Origin: Mobula hypostoma
Taxonomy: Eukaryota
Direction of reading: 5' to 3'
NCBI RefSeq assembly: GCF_963921235.1
Contig: NC_086108.1
Location: 47,928,001 to 47,992,000 of the forward strand
DNA length: 64,000 nt
Below are positions 49,421 through 62,890 of the stretch, piece by piece (positions within the stretch are counted from its first letter, which is position 1; each line of letters starts with the position of its first letter). Position numbers and translations under genes: made by a program. The notes under the pieces are model-generated. The model saw nothing but the letters and a program-made list of their open reading frames with translations. It was not told the origin of the DNA and ran no database searches.

Positions 49421-51519
49421 GAGAATTGTTGTTATTAGATATGTGTTAAGTTTTATGTGAACAGTGTGGTGTACGTAAGTGACATCAGGAAGATGGCAGT
49501 CAAAAGCATATAATATAATACACACAAGACAGTTATGTTGAAGCAACAACTGCAAATCAAGATGTGAGAACAGATGCTTGTAAAACTTATCTGGAGAAGC
49601 GACCTACTGGAATTTTTGTTGCATGTAATGGATATATTGGAAATGTCCAGCGCAATCTTAGTGAAGAATTCACCGAGTAAAGGGACCAAGGACAGGTGGT
49701 GGAATTAATAATAAATGTTTAGTTCCAGATTTCTTTACATTTATTGCTTTTTACTCTATAATTGTGTGTGTACCAGGTGGTATGACCTTTGATACATTTT
49801 GTACCAGATACAGTCTTCAGCTGAGAACTTGCTGCCTTCAATAAGGAGGTTTCAGTTGATAGCTTTATCATTGTTATGTGCCTTACCAAGTAGAAAAGAA
49901 TGCAGTGATGCTTAGTTGTGTGGAGCCTGCTCCTTGCTTTATTAGGAGTCATAATCAAAGGCCTTGGTAAGGCAGAGTCACGCTGCTGACAACATTCCAG
50001 GCATAAATGAATGTAGAGAATGGAAGGCCACACTGAGGAAGTGTCCTATTCAATTTGATAGAAGGGAAAACCACAGGGATTTATGCTATTGTTTCAAGAT
50101 GTGCCAATTTCTCTGCAGTATAGTAAATGCACAATATGTGGATTTGAGGTTGATGGGAAGGGTTTGGTGTTGGTGATGTAGGCAGGCTGGATAACTTCAT
50201 CTTTAGTGTTTTTATTCATTAGTCACCAGGAGCTCTGACCCTTTCTGATGTTTGTCATATTTGTTGGCAACATTTATATCTGGTCTGGTGATACTGCCAG
50301 GACTAGAATATTTTAACAATGAAGAAAGATTGGATAGACCAGGGAGACTGGAACAAACGAAATGAGTTTTCAATTGTGTGGCCTGTAAAAAAGGATGTAT
50401 GATAAAGGCAAAAAAACAGGGGGCATATAACTTGGTAGAAGACAGAGGGGAGATGAGGACATATTTTCACTTTGTAGGTGACTGGGATCGGGAAATCTCT
50501 GTCTGAATGGATGGGGGAGGTAGAAGTCCTCTATGTACTTAAGGAGTATTTAGATGTGTGCTTCACAAGAATGACCTTCAGGACTACCTTGCTGACAAAT
50601 AGGGTTAGGCTGACTGTCACATACAAATGGCCTCCTAAGGTGTTCTTATTTTCCTAATTCCCTGATCTTGTCCTGTTCAATGTTTTCCTCAGCAGAAGAA
50701 GAATGATAATGTTTTTGTCATTCTCCGCATGCTATCGAGTCTGCTCCAGAACGTTGTGTAAGTGCTGCCCACTGCTGTTACTCTGATTCCTTGCTGGCAA
50801 GAATAGAAAGTAGTCTCAGACAAGTAGGCACATGAAAGATGGCTTCAGCATTCTAGTTAAAGTGCCCAGATGCCTGCTCTACAGCTCTTCTTTTCTTTTA
50901 CATTGTTGACAAGTTGGCAAGATGTCAGCTACAGAAAACTGCCCACCCAGAATGGATGGATTTCCAAGTAGTGCACTTACAACATGTCCTTTTTAACTAG
51001 CCATTTTCACAACTTCTGGAAACCTGTTCAAAGGTGTTAAACACTGATTCAGCTATAGTTTAGAAAAGGAATTCAATTACATCCAGTTGTCACGGTTAAT
51101 GATATCTCCCTGCACCAATCAGTATACAGTTTTCTAATAAACTGGCTATTCACATGTAGCCAAGAAATGCCTCAGTTAAATTGGGTTAGAGTTGCTGTTG
51201 TGAAATTTCTGCTGCTCTGATTAATTAATCATCTGCTTCCAATCTATGCTTTGTTATTCATTCTTCTTTTTGAATCCTAACATATAAAAAGATGTAGACT
51301 GAATTTTATCCTTTAGATTGCAGATATCTGCAAATATAACCACCTACAGTGATCGACCATAACAGTGTCTGCCTAAGACACGAGCCCTATGACCCCTGCT
51401 GGCTTAGAGGAGAATAGCTATCAACTAAACATAAAAGACAAATTACATGCAACATCTCTTTGTCTTAGCTGGTGGGTTACCCCAGTCTTTAGTGCTTTTA
51501 GGCCAAGTCATTCCTTGAA

Positions 51520-51965
51520 GGGTGACTTGACATATGAAGGGCATTTGATGGCTCAGGGCCTGTACTCAATGGAGTTTAGAAGAACTAGGGATGCTACCAA
51601 ATATTAAAAGGCCTAGATGGTGGACATGGAGAGGATGTTTCAATAATGGGGGAGTCTATGACCACAGAGCTCAGCTTCAGAATCAAAGGACGTTCTTTAG
51701 AATTGAGATGATGAGGAATTTCTTTAGGTAAAGGGTGGTGTATCTGCAGAATTCATTGCCACAGATGGCTGTGGAGGCCAAGTCATCGGGTATATTTAAA
51801 GCAGAAGTTGATAGGCCCTTGATTAGTAAGGTTGTCAATGGTTATGGGGAGAAGGTAGGAGAAAGGGTTTGAGAGGGATAGTAAATCAGCCATGATGGAA
51901 TGGCGGAGCAGACTTGATTGGCCAAGTGGTCTAATTCTGCTCCTATGTCTTGTAGTCATATAGTC
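51520..51965 (+). mobile_element. CR1 LINE 3' fragment
   Basis: GLYSMEFRR; GAGGAATTTCTTTAGG..GGGTGGTG..GAATTCATTGCCACAG; tail CTAATTCTGCTCCTATGTCTT. Confidence 0.8.
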
Positions 51966-52674
51966 TTACTACCCTTCCGACTTCATTGATAATTCAATTA
52001 ATATAAGAAATTCACCTCACGGCTATGTGAAGGACATAAATGAAATGACTCAAATGTCACCACAGTATTTCCACTTGAGTTAAATTGCTGGGCATAAAAG
52101 TGACAAAGAATGAAATTTGGAATTATAAACATGGAATGTCAGAATTGATAACATCTGATTCGAGAATAGCCAGGTTTGTGCAGATCCTTTGTCTGAATGA
52201 GGCCAGCAGAGAGACATCAGTACATCACCTTTACAGATGCTGAGACAGAATTGTGTTTCCCAGATTTTGTTTTTGTATTTATTTCCATGTACTTAACCTT
52301 ACGTTAAAAGTCAGTGCATTTTTCTTATTTTAATGCTCAGCCAACTCCTCATGACAGGAAAGTTATTTCAGCAAGAAAACTATTTTTTTCTCTTGGAATT
52401 AAAATTGCTTGAAGTTGGATTTATCCCAAATCTAGTGTTTTTTTTCTTAAAAAGAGGAATGCAATATAATTCATTTTAAAATCTTAAACTAAACAACATT
52501 CAAGTAGACTTGAGATTCTTCACTAAAAGCTCACATCTACCGTAAGCATATAAAAATTATTTAACTGGAAACATATCTTTCATTACAAGAGTAAGTTAAA
52601 CACCCAACTGTACAAGCTGTAAATATAGCAGGATAGAGCTATTTCTTCTTCAAGTATGCTGATCTCAGTAACAG

Positions 52675-55310
52675 AATCATAGATAACCATGGACAGATAA
52701 AGCATGGAATTCCATCTGTCTGCATCCATACACCGTCTGTTCATGTGCCTGCTTAAATGTCTGTTAAAAATTGCCATCACTTCCCCTGGCTGTGTGTTTT
52801 TGAGGCACCTTCTATTCTCTTTGTAAAAAATGCCTTGTAAATCTCCTTTAAATTTTTCCCATTTCACCTTAAAGCTATGTCCTCTCCCTATTGGGATCTT
52901 CATTTCCTTTATCCTTCAGTAAGATAACTGAAAATGTGGTTGTCAAACATACTTTAAGGATTTGGATACAATTTAGAAAACACTTCGGTTTATTGAGATT
53001 CTCCCTTTCTAGTCCCATTTTTTAAAATTATTTTTTAAGCCTTCTATGACTGATGTAGTCTTTAAGCATTGGGAAGGATTGGGCATTACATGTTTCCGGG
53101 ATCTGTTTGCGGGAGGAAGTCTTTTTTCATTTGAACAATTGTCAACTAAATATAGTTTACCAAAAACCCATTTTTTTTGGTACTTACAAATTAGAGATTT
53201 TCTGTGATCTCAATTATGTACATTTCCTAATAGACCTGATAAGAACATATTAGATGAAATTCTTAATATGAAACCATTCTATAGTGGTTCAATATCCAAT
53301 ATTTATGATATGTTGTTGGGAATGAGAAATGATTCTTTAGACAAGATTAAAAATCTTTGGGAACAAGACTTACAGACCTCAATTTCTGAAGAAACTTGGA
53401 ATGAGATTTTTAAATTGGTTAATACTTCATTGCTATGTGCTCATCATTCCCTCCTACAATTTAAAGTGGTTCATAGGGTTTATATGACCAAGGATAAGTT
53501 ATCTCATTTTTATAGAGATATATCTCCCTATTGTGATAGGTGTAACAATGGAGAAGCTTCACTTATTCATATGTTTTGGACTTGCCCAAGTCTTGGAAAA
53601 TATTGGAAGGAAATATTTCAAACTTTTTCTGTACTCTTTAAAGTAACTTTTAAGCCTAATCCTTTGACTGCCCTATTTGGTATTGTTGGAGGGAAAAACA
53701 TCATCTTGAAGACATCTGATCTGCACATTTTGGCTTTTATCTCTCTTATGGCTCGGAGGGTGTTTTTGTTTAAATGGAAGGATGCTGTTCCGCCTAATCA
53801 TGCTCAGTGGTTACGGGATGTTATGGCATGCCTAAATTTAGAAAAGATTCATGTTCAATTTCTGAATCTAACCAAGATTTTCGAAATTTCTGGGTGCCGT
53901 TTTTAAATTATTTTCATAATCTTTGACTTCTTGTTAAAGTACAGAAGTTAGTTAATAGTATATTTTAGTATCTGATAAGTTTCTTTTTTCTTTTCATTCC
54001 CAAACAGCTTCGGCTTTGGTAGTGGGTGTAGATCTTTTTTTTTCTTAATAAGATTGTTTATATTCTAATATACGAACTAATCTAATTCATATGAATATAG
54101 AGTAAGGAGTCCGTTAATGTGATTCAATATACTGTAGCTGGAATTATTTTGTTTTATAATATGTATTCTCTTGAACTCTATTCTTCTATATATAGAAATC
54201 AATATATAAAAATATTGAAAAAGAAAAGAAAGCTATGTCCTTCGGCACTTTCAATTTCCACCTTAGAAAAAAATATTTTGTATATCTACCCTATCTATGC
54301 CTTTTAAAAAACTTATAAACTTCAATCAGATTGCCCCTCACTCTCTAGCATCCAGAAAAAAAAAACAATCCAAGTTTGTCCAATCTTTCTTTACAGTTAA
54401 TATTCTCTAATTCAGGCAACATTCTGGTGAATCTCTTCTGCACTCTCTCCAAAGCCTCCAAATACTCCTGTCATGCTGCAACTTGAACAGTGCACAATAC
54501 TCCAACCAAAGTCTTAAGCAGCTACAACATGCCTTTCTGACATTTATAATCAATGAAAGCAAACATGCTACATGCCTTCCTTATCATCTTATCCATTTGT
54601 GTTGCCACTTTTTGGAGGCTTTATTTCTACCCCAAGATCCCTCCATACATCAGTGTTTCGAGGGTCCTGCCATTCACTGTATGCTTTCTTAGATTTTATG
54701 TCCCGAAGAGCAACACATCATTCTCATCCAGATAAAACTCCACCTGTCATTTTTCTATCCCCTTTTCCAAACTATCTAACTATATCCTGGTAGTTAGTTG
54801 CCTTTGACAACTGTCCTCACTGTTGAAAACTTAGCCAATTTTTGTATTATCTGCAAACTTACTAACCAGCCCACCTACACTGTGTCTAAATTCTTTGTAA
54901 ATAATCATGCACATCAGAGGTCCCAGAACTGGTCCTTGTGGAACACCACTGGTATCCAGCCAGAATAACACCCCTCCACCACTACCCTCCGTCTTCTATG
55001 AACAAACAAATGGTGAGTCTAAATGACCAAGTCACTGCGGATTTCAATCTTCTGGATCAACTTTGCATGAGAGATGTTATTGAATGCTTTACTTAAAGTC
55101 CATGTAGACAACATTCTCTGTCATACCTTATTAATCATTTCATTACCTCCTCAAAGGTTTATAAGGCATGATCTTCCCCGCATGGTGCATTGTTGACGAT
55201 CCTTGATAAATTTCTGCTTTTCAAATGTGAGTAAAACCTAGTAATTTCCCTACCACTGTTGGAAGGCTCTCTGGTCTGTCTTCCAGATGATCCCTATTGA
55301 CTTTCTTAAA
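52675..55310 (-). mobile_element. Old CR1 LINE split by an L1-clade insertion
   Basis: RGHSFKV on - at ~52870; TATTATCTGCAAACTTACTAACC (VSKFADN), CCTTGTGGAACACCACT (SGVPQG), AAAGTCCATGTAGACAAC (VVYMDF). Confidence 0.75.
52884..54228 (+). mobile_element. L1-clade LINE, 5'-truncated (ORF2 C-terminus with CCHC zinc knuckle)
   Basis: ORF 53268-53906 (LLQFKVVHRVY..CDRCNNGEASLIHMFWTCP); A-rich tail; exact 13-bp TSD AAAGCTATGTCCT at 52871-52883 and 54229-54241. Confidence 0.92.
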
Positions 55311-56679
55311 CAATAAAACAGCACAAAAGCAGTCCAAGAGTAAAACTATCTGTAGTGATCCTAATTTCCAGCACTTAGTTCATAACCTCCTTTGCATTTT
55401 AAGTGCTTCTTGGAATAATTTGTAAATATGGAGAATGTAGCTTCTGTTTTCGACATGCTCTGACTTTTCTGCTTTGGAAAGCTATCTGTTTTCCCTGTGG
55501 CAGTGTGATGGATATTCACTATCCTGGGCCAGGGGACCTTTCTTTTTCCCCAGGCTCAACTTTCTAAGTACAGCAACTGACATTTCTAAAGATCAAGGCA
55601 TTGTTTTTGAGTAGCCTATTTTATTTAGCTCTGGCCGTAAGTGGGAGCCAGTCTTCAGTTTTTAATGTAAAATTCAAGCAATAACCTGTTTGAAGTTAAA
55701 ATGACAGCTTTGAAAACAAGTACTGTCTATAGAGCAGACATGCAGCACTCACGCTTGTTACTCAGGAGATGCATTATAAGATTATTATAAGGTTATAAGG
55801 CATTATAAGGTTAGTTAATTTGGTTTGTTTCAAAGTAGACAACGCTGCCTAAGTTATTTAGTTCAGGGAAGGTTGCAAGCAGATTGGTATTATCACTTAA
55901 CATATTAAATAGCTGTTCCATTACTAGTTGGAAGATTTGTGTACTAATAGAGTCAGCTAAACAGCAGTAACTGTGGGTACCTGGGACTCCTGTCTCCAGA
56001 AGCTTTTAGACCACTTGTGTTAATAGGTACCTGCAAAAATATCATATGCGTGTAAAGTCACCCAGGTGGCAGAGAAACAGTATAAATGTAGAGAACAGGT
56101 CAGTTTTTTTTAGGAATGGTCCAGGAACATCAAGAAAATGATAGAAGCATGGGGTGAACCAGAATCCCCTGCTTTGCTTTCAACTTCCACAAAGGATGGT
56201 GGGTTCATCTGCAACCCGTGGTATTTCTTTCTAGTTTGTAGGAATTGTACCCATGTTTTGGAAATCCTTTGTGTTTTAGAAATGGTTTGTAACTTGGAAA
56301 TCTTTTATAAAGATAGAAATCTCCTGTGAATTTTAAACACAAGAACTCTTTAAGTACAAAAGAACTCTGTGAGCCTTAAATTGTGTTTTGTTTAAATTTA
56401 AATCTGTATCACTAAAAATAAATGAATTGAGTTTAAGCTATTTTGTTAGCTGGAAGTACCTCCTCCTTGGCAGGGATGGGGATCCCACTGTTGTGAGAGT
56501 GGGTATTGGCAGCTAAACTCACTGTGGAGAATAAACAGGGAAGTGATCTAGCCTTTGAAGAGTAGGTGGCTACAGTATAACCTTCCTTTAGTGAATGTTC
56601 CCATGACTAGCTATAGGGGATAGGATTTAAGATCTTTATTTGTGTTTAGAACTTCTAGGCCCAATATATCAATATATCT

Positions 56680-57300
56680 GCAAAAAAAGATATAACAACA
56701 GGTATATTTCATTGGGAGTTTGAGGAGATTTGGTATGTCACCAAAGACACTCGCAAATTTCTACAGATGTGACGTGGAGAGCATTCTAACTGGCTGCATC
56801 ACCGTCTGGTATGGGGAGACGGGTGCTACTGCACAGGATTGAAATAAACTGCAGAGACTTGAAAACTTAGTCAGCTCCATCATGGGCACTAGCCTCTGTA
56901 GTATCCAGGATATCCTCAAGGTGCGAAGCCTCAAAAAGGCCACATCCATTATTAAGGGCACCCATCAATCAGGACATGCCCTGTTCTCATTTCTACCACC
57001 AGGAAAAGATACCGGAGCCTGAAGGAATGACTCGGTGATTCAGGAACAGCTTCTTCTCCTTTGCCATCTGATTTCTGAATGGGCACTAAACCCATGGACA
57101 TTACCTCACTACTTTGATTTACTTTTATTTTTGCACTATTTATTTAATTTAACTACTATTTAATATATATATATGTAGTATGCTTACTGTAATTCATGGG
57201 TTTTTTTCTATTATTATGTATTGCATTGTACTGCTGTCACAAAGACATCAAATTTCACAACGTATATGTGGTGAAACTAAACCTGGTTCTAAATTCTGAA
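56680..57300 (+). mobile_element. Rex1/Babar LINE 3' end
   Basis: NFYRCDVESILTGCITVWYG motif at ~56757-56816; tail AAATTTCACAACGTATATG..AAACCTGGTTCT. Confidence 0.85.
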
Positions 57301-57889
57301 GAATGGTAGCAGCTTGAGTCTCTGCATTTGTGTAGCAGATCAAGTGACCATGTAATCCTTCTATCCCTATCAGCCTATCTGTGTCAGTGTAGTTAGGTAC
57401 ATAATGCATGGAGCTGCAGGTGTATAGAGCAGGTATGCTGCACTGATTTACCAAAAAATACAGCAATCTTACAAGGCAAAATGGAAAAGTTCAACTTCAC
57501 TTTGAGCCTTATCAAAAGAAACAAGAATAAAATCAGTTCAATCCTCAAATCTGATGGACCTTGTGGGTGTATATTCCACAAGATGGTAGCTGGCATTTAT
57601 TAATGTTTTCTACTTACGTGAGAGAGACTTCAGTTTAATAGCTAACGTAACATTTGTTACATCATTGTCATCTTTTCCTTATTTCAATGCTTATTGCTAT
57701 AGCACGATTTTTAATCTATTCAATATATGTACACTGTACAAAGTACACTGAATAAGAATTACTTATTTATTTATTGTTATTATTGTTATTTCACAACACA
57801 TGCCGATGATAATGAACCTGATTCTGATTCTATAGCATGGCAGTGAAAGCCAAAGTTGGTTTTTAGACTTCGTGATTCTCTCTTACAGA

Positions 57890-58210
57890 GAGCATATTAG
57901 GGGTGGGACTGTTGGTGAACAGAGCAACACACTGGCAAAGTCTCGGTGCCTCTCAGATCCAGTGACCTGAACTCAACCTTGGTGTCCACGTGGAGTTTGC
58001 ACATTCTTCCCTGGGTGCTCCGGTTTCCTGCAGAAGATGTACTCCTTGGGTTACCATGCATTTCCTTTAATGTGGCTAGATGGTACAAGAATCATTTGAT
58101 GGGGGTGTGAGAGAATGGGGTGCAGGAAAAATATCAGAGGAATGGGATTGATATGATTTATCTGAGAGCTGGCATGGAATCAAAGGACTGAATGGCTTCC
58201 TTCTATGTTG
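57890..58210 (+). mobile_element. Decayed V-type SINE
   Basis: GTGGAGTTTGCACATTCTTCCCTGGGTGCTCCGGTTTCCT V domain; CR1-like tail GGACTGAATGGCTTCCTTCTATG. Confidence 0.6.
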
Positions 58211-58589
58211 TGAGGAGAAAGCAATGAGTTGGAAGCATTCTTCACCAATGGGAAAGACACATCTAGGTTATAACCTTCTTTGTTTTTCCTTATTTTCCTG
58301 ATTTGCAGCTGTTAACAAGGGATATTCCATTCCGATGTTATGATTGTGCAGACTACTGGGATCTGACACCTGCTCCACTGCAGCCAAGGCAGCAGAAGCA
58401 TTGTTTCAGCACACCAGTGACCTGGTCTGTCAGATATCATGTGGCAGGGTGATGTTCACTGTAGGCAAACAGTAGAGTGCACTAGGTCTGTGCACTTGTG
58501 TTATCAGTGCATGATTAGCAGCGATCTCTTCGTGCACAAAGGCCACCCTTTGGTCTAGTATGGTGCAAATACTACAGTGGGCTCCAGCG

Positions 58590-58893
58590 CCCATCCTCTG
58601 GGCTCCCCTCCGCCTTTCTTTCTCCCTAGACCTCCCGTCCCATGATCCTCTCCCTTCACCAGCCTCGTACCCCTTTTGCCAATCAACTTTTCAGCTCTTT
58701 GCTCCATCCCTCCCCCTCCTGTCTTCTCCTATCATTTCGGAACTCCCCCTTCCCCCTCCCACTTTCAAATATCTTACTAGCTCTTCTTTCAGTTAGTCCT
58801 GATGAAGGATCTCGGCCCAACACGTCGACTGTACCTCTTCCTATAGATGTTGTTTGGCCTGCTGCATTCACCAGCATTTTTTATGTGTGTTGC
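58590..58893 (+). mobile_element. PLE terminal repeat with mutated hammerhead
   Basis: Pyrimidine tract, then AGTCCTGATGAAGGATCTCGGCCCAACACGTCGACTG and CCTGCTGCATTCACCAGCATTTTTTATGTGTG. Confidence 0.8.
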
Positions 58894-61800
58894 TTCCACT
58901 CTTTGCTTGAATTTGTTCTTTGTACAGCCGTAGTTTGGTCTGGACTCAACCACAAATTCCCATTGTTTTAAAGGCTATAAACTTCAAAGGACTTTGATTT
59001 ATTCAAATTAAGACTACAACATGCAGGCCTTGCAAAATCTGCTGAGTTTGCTTTCACTGCCCTCTTTTATTTTTATTTGAGAACCAGAAATTGGAAATTA
59101 TCCTGTGGTATGTTTACATCAAAGCACAAGTTAAAAGCTCGTTCGGGGAAACAAAGCTCAATCGTCTCTTTTTCTTGCTTACAAATTTGTTCTGTTCAAG
59201 GGATTTTTCCAATGATCATTTTAGCAGATGTTCAATGCCCCCAGGAGCAGGACATTGATCCTACTGTGGAGCATCTTCAGAGAAAAAAACTTAAGATTTT
59301 CCAAATAACTTAAACAGCAATAGAACTTCCCATATCATCCATCCAGTCCCCACTCCCCAATGGAATATTTTAAGTCATTTACAGACCTAACTCTAATACT
59401 AAATTAAATGATTCATTAAAGATGCTAAAATAATTAGAGAACCAATAAGGGTTCTCAATTCTAATATTTTTAATTTTTGTTTCAGTTCTACAGCTTCAAA
59501 TTCAAATTGGAAGTAGATCCAGGTTTTTGTAGGTGGAGAGACATTTTGAGTCCTTTAGGTCTATTTAACATATAACTTTTGGGAACTTTTTCTACTCAGT
59601 TTATCTGAAGCCAATGCAATAATATAGTTGATCATACTGTTCCATCTCATCCATTATCCACTGATGTGAACTATGCTCATCTTGATTCACTCTTGCCCCT
59701 GTAATTAGCAGCATAGATAAAAACAAGCACCTTCATTATTCCCACTCCATTCCTCAAACATCTACCTTTGGCATTACTTTTTCCACAATTATCATTTCTG
59801 TCTCTTACAGAAGCTGACACCAAGATTGACAGGCACAGAGCAAGGAGGTCATGTTAAACAATTGTAAAACACTAGTTGGGCTATAACCAAAATATTGTCC
59901 AATTTTGGTCATCACAATTCAAGAATGTTATTTGGATCTTTAAGAAGGTATGGAACAGCTCAAGAAATGAGCGTTTTCAGTTACCAAGATAGACTAGAGA
60001 AATTGGTTGTACTACTGAGAGCAGAAAAATTGCGGGTCCAAAAACACAACATATTTGGAAAGCCTAACTACAGTAATAATACACTATCCCAGTATTTGGA
60101 TATCCCAATCATTCAGCATCTGATTCACTAGGTGATGTTTGCCACTCTCGCCTTAGCTCATAGAGTCTCAGTTCCCACACTCCTTTCAGCTCATTAATTT
60201 CCCAATATCTGCTATCTTCTTCATCCCATTTCACACGCTCTCCTTCAACTCATTCAATACCTGTACTCTCCTTTATCTTATCAGGTTCACTGGAAATTTT
60301 ATTATAATACTGTGAAACACAACCTAATTCAAAGTATGCTGGAGTATTATTAGAATAATATCGAATAGTCCAGAATAATATCGAATAATCCAGAAAATCT
60401 GCTGGTCTCGTACCACCAAGGTGCTTAAAAGTGAAATGGGTGGATATTCAGTTACAGATTTACAAAGGAATTTGATCAATATTCAAAAGTATAAATGTGT
60501 ATATCTGCAGTGAAAGTGCTGGATTTGGCACAAACTGGACTACTCTCCAAAAACTTGGCTTGGAATTGATGAGCTGATTAACTTCTCCACACACTCACAG
60601 CCATTCTGGCACCAACATTGTGTTCAGTTTACTATTTGCTCAAACTTTTATTTAGAAACATATAAACATAGAAAAACTACAGCACAATACAGGCCCTTCG
60701 GCCCACAGAGTTGTCTCGAACATGTCCCTACTTTAGAAATTACTAGAATTACCCATAGCCCTCTATGTTACTAAGGTCCATGTACCTATCTAAAAGTCTC
60801 TTAAAAGACCCTACCGTATCCGCCTCCACCACTGTTGCCAGCAGCCCATTCCACGCACCCACCACTCTCTGAGTAAAAAACTTACTCCTGACATCTCCTC
60901 TGTACCTACTCCCCAACACCTTAAACCTGTGTCCTCTTGTGGCAACCATTTCAGCCCTGGGAAAAAGCCTCTGACTATCCAAATGATCAAAGCCTCTCAT
61001 CATCTTATACACCTCTGTCAGGTCACCTCTCATCCTCCGTCTCTCCAAGGAGAAAAGGCCGAGTTCATTCAACCTATTCTCATAAGGCCTGCTCCCCAAT
61101 CCAGGCAACATCCTTGTAAATCTCCTCTGCACCCCTTCTATGGCTTCCACATCTTTCCTGTGGCGAGGTGACCAGATCTGAGCACAGTACTCCACGTGTG
61201 GTCTAAGCAGGGTCCTATATAACTGCAACATTACCTCTCAGCTCCTAAATTCAATTCCACGATTGATGAAGGCCAATACACCGTATGCCTCCTTAACCAC
61301 AGAGTCAACCTGTGCAGTTGTTTTGAGTGCCCTATGGACTCGGACCCCAAGATCCCTCTGATCCTCCACACTGCCAAGAGTCTTACCATTAATCCTATAT
61401 TCTGCCATCATATTTGACCTACCAAAATGAACCACTTTACACTTATCTAGGTTGAACTCCATCTGCCACTTCTCAGCCCAGTTTTGCATCCTATCAATGT
61501 CTCGCTGTAACCTCTGACAGGCCACCACACTATCTACAACACCTCCAAACCTTGTGTCATCAGCAAACTTACTAACCCATCCCTCCACTTCCTCATCCAG
61601 GTCATTTATAAAAATCACGAAGAGTAAGGGTCCCAGAACAGATCCCTGAGGCACTCCACTGGTCACTGACCTCCATGCATAATATGACTCGTCTGCAACC
61701 ACTCTTTGCCTTCCGTGGGCAAACCAGTTCTGGATCCACAAAGCAAGGTCCCCTTGGATCCCACGCCTGCTTACTTTCTCAATAAGCCTTGCATGGGGCA

Positions 61801-62261
61801 CCTTATCAAATGCCTTGCTGAAATCCATATACACTACATCGGGGGTCCCCAACCTTCTTTGCGCTGCGGACCGGTTTAATATTGACAATATTCTTGCGGA
61901 CCAGCCGACCCGGGGGAGGAGGGGGAGTAGGGTTGCCAACGGACAAGAGTGGCAGTTAAATACGTTGTGTTTACCCCAAGAAAGACTAGAATGACCATGA
62001 AGCCTTGCGCGGGCACTAGTGCGCATGCGCCTGCGCCTGCTGGTTCTTTCTGGCAAATCGTTTTTGGCGATTCTGTTCCGAGGAGGGGGGGTGATGTTAA
62101 TCACGACTGGAATATCGGTGATCAGTGGCTAATACACTCAGTTTCGTTTCTAAAAGGGTTTATCTAACGAATTTAATATTAAACACACAGTGCATATTTT
62201 CCTCGCATGTATATAGTGATAAGTCAATTATCAGGGGAGGACAGGGGAGCTTGAAGTAAAT

Positions 62262-62465
62262 ATTGAACAAACTTCCAGTAGAAGTGATAGAGGCAGGTTC
62301 AAAATTATCATTTAAAGAAAAATTGGATAGGTATATGGACAGGAAAGGAATGGAGGGTTATGGGCTGAGTGCAGGTCGGTGGGACTAGGTGAGACTAGCG
62401 TTCGGCACGGACTAGAAGGGCAGAGTTGGCCTGTTTCCGTGCTGTAATTGTTATATGGTTATATA
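62262..62465 (+). mobile_element. CR1 3' end embedded in the hAT element
   Basis: Encodes KLPVEVIEAG..SFKEKLDRYMDRKGMEGYG; tail GGCCTGTTTCCGTGCTGTAATTGTTATATGGTTATAT; similar to 25760-25957. Confidence 0.85.
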
Positions 62466-62672
62466 AGTAAGTCAATAGCAGCATAATATTTTAAGTAACG
62501 TTTGGATATTAAACACACAGCACATATTTTCCCGTATGAACGTATAAAATCATTGCAACACACCTATATCGCTGAATCAGTGGGAGCCCTGGGCCTGTTT
62601 TCCTGCAACAAGACGATCCTATCGAGGGGTGAGGGGAGACAGCGATACTCGAAGGGGGCTCCTTATGTCCAG

Positions 62673-62890
62673 TCAATTCCACAATTTAGTTTTCGTTGCA
62701 TTCATTGCAGAAAACTCTGCTTTGTAGAAATATGTTGTAAGCAACGTTTTCAGTGCTTTTGTGCCTGTCTCAGGATATTTAGCCTTGACTTTGATCCGGA
62801 ATGCCAGCAGAGATGTTATGTCAAACATACTTTTCAGCCCGCCGTCATTTGCAAGCTCGAGGAGTTGATCTTCTTCCCGCGCTGACATGG
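62673..62890 (-). pseudogene. hAT transposase C-terminal dimerisation-domain remnant
   Basis: EEDQLLELANDGGLKSMF..SLLAFRIKVKAKYPETGTKALKTLLTTYFYKAEFSAMNATKTKL resembles the Charlie-type FW..EYP..AL..LL..TYLCE..FS..KTK.R motif. Confidence 0.8.

Noticed and set aside
60352..60398. Short direct duplication AGAATAATATCGAATA.TCCAGAA
   Set aside because: Ordinary ~21-bp slippage duplication
61238..62104. 288-aa ORF as a novel N-terminally extended RT fusion protein
   Set aside because: The first ~88 aa are non-coding hAT terminal sequence that happens to be in frame with the interrupted CR1 ORF2
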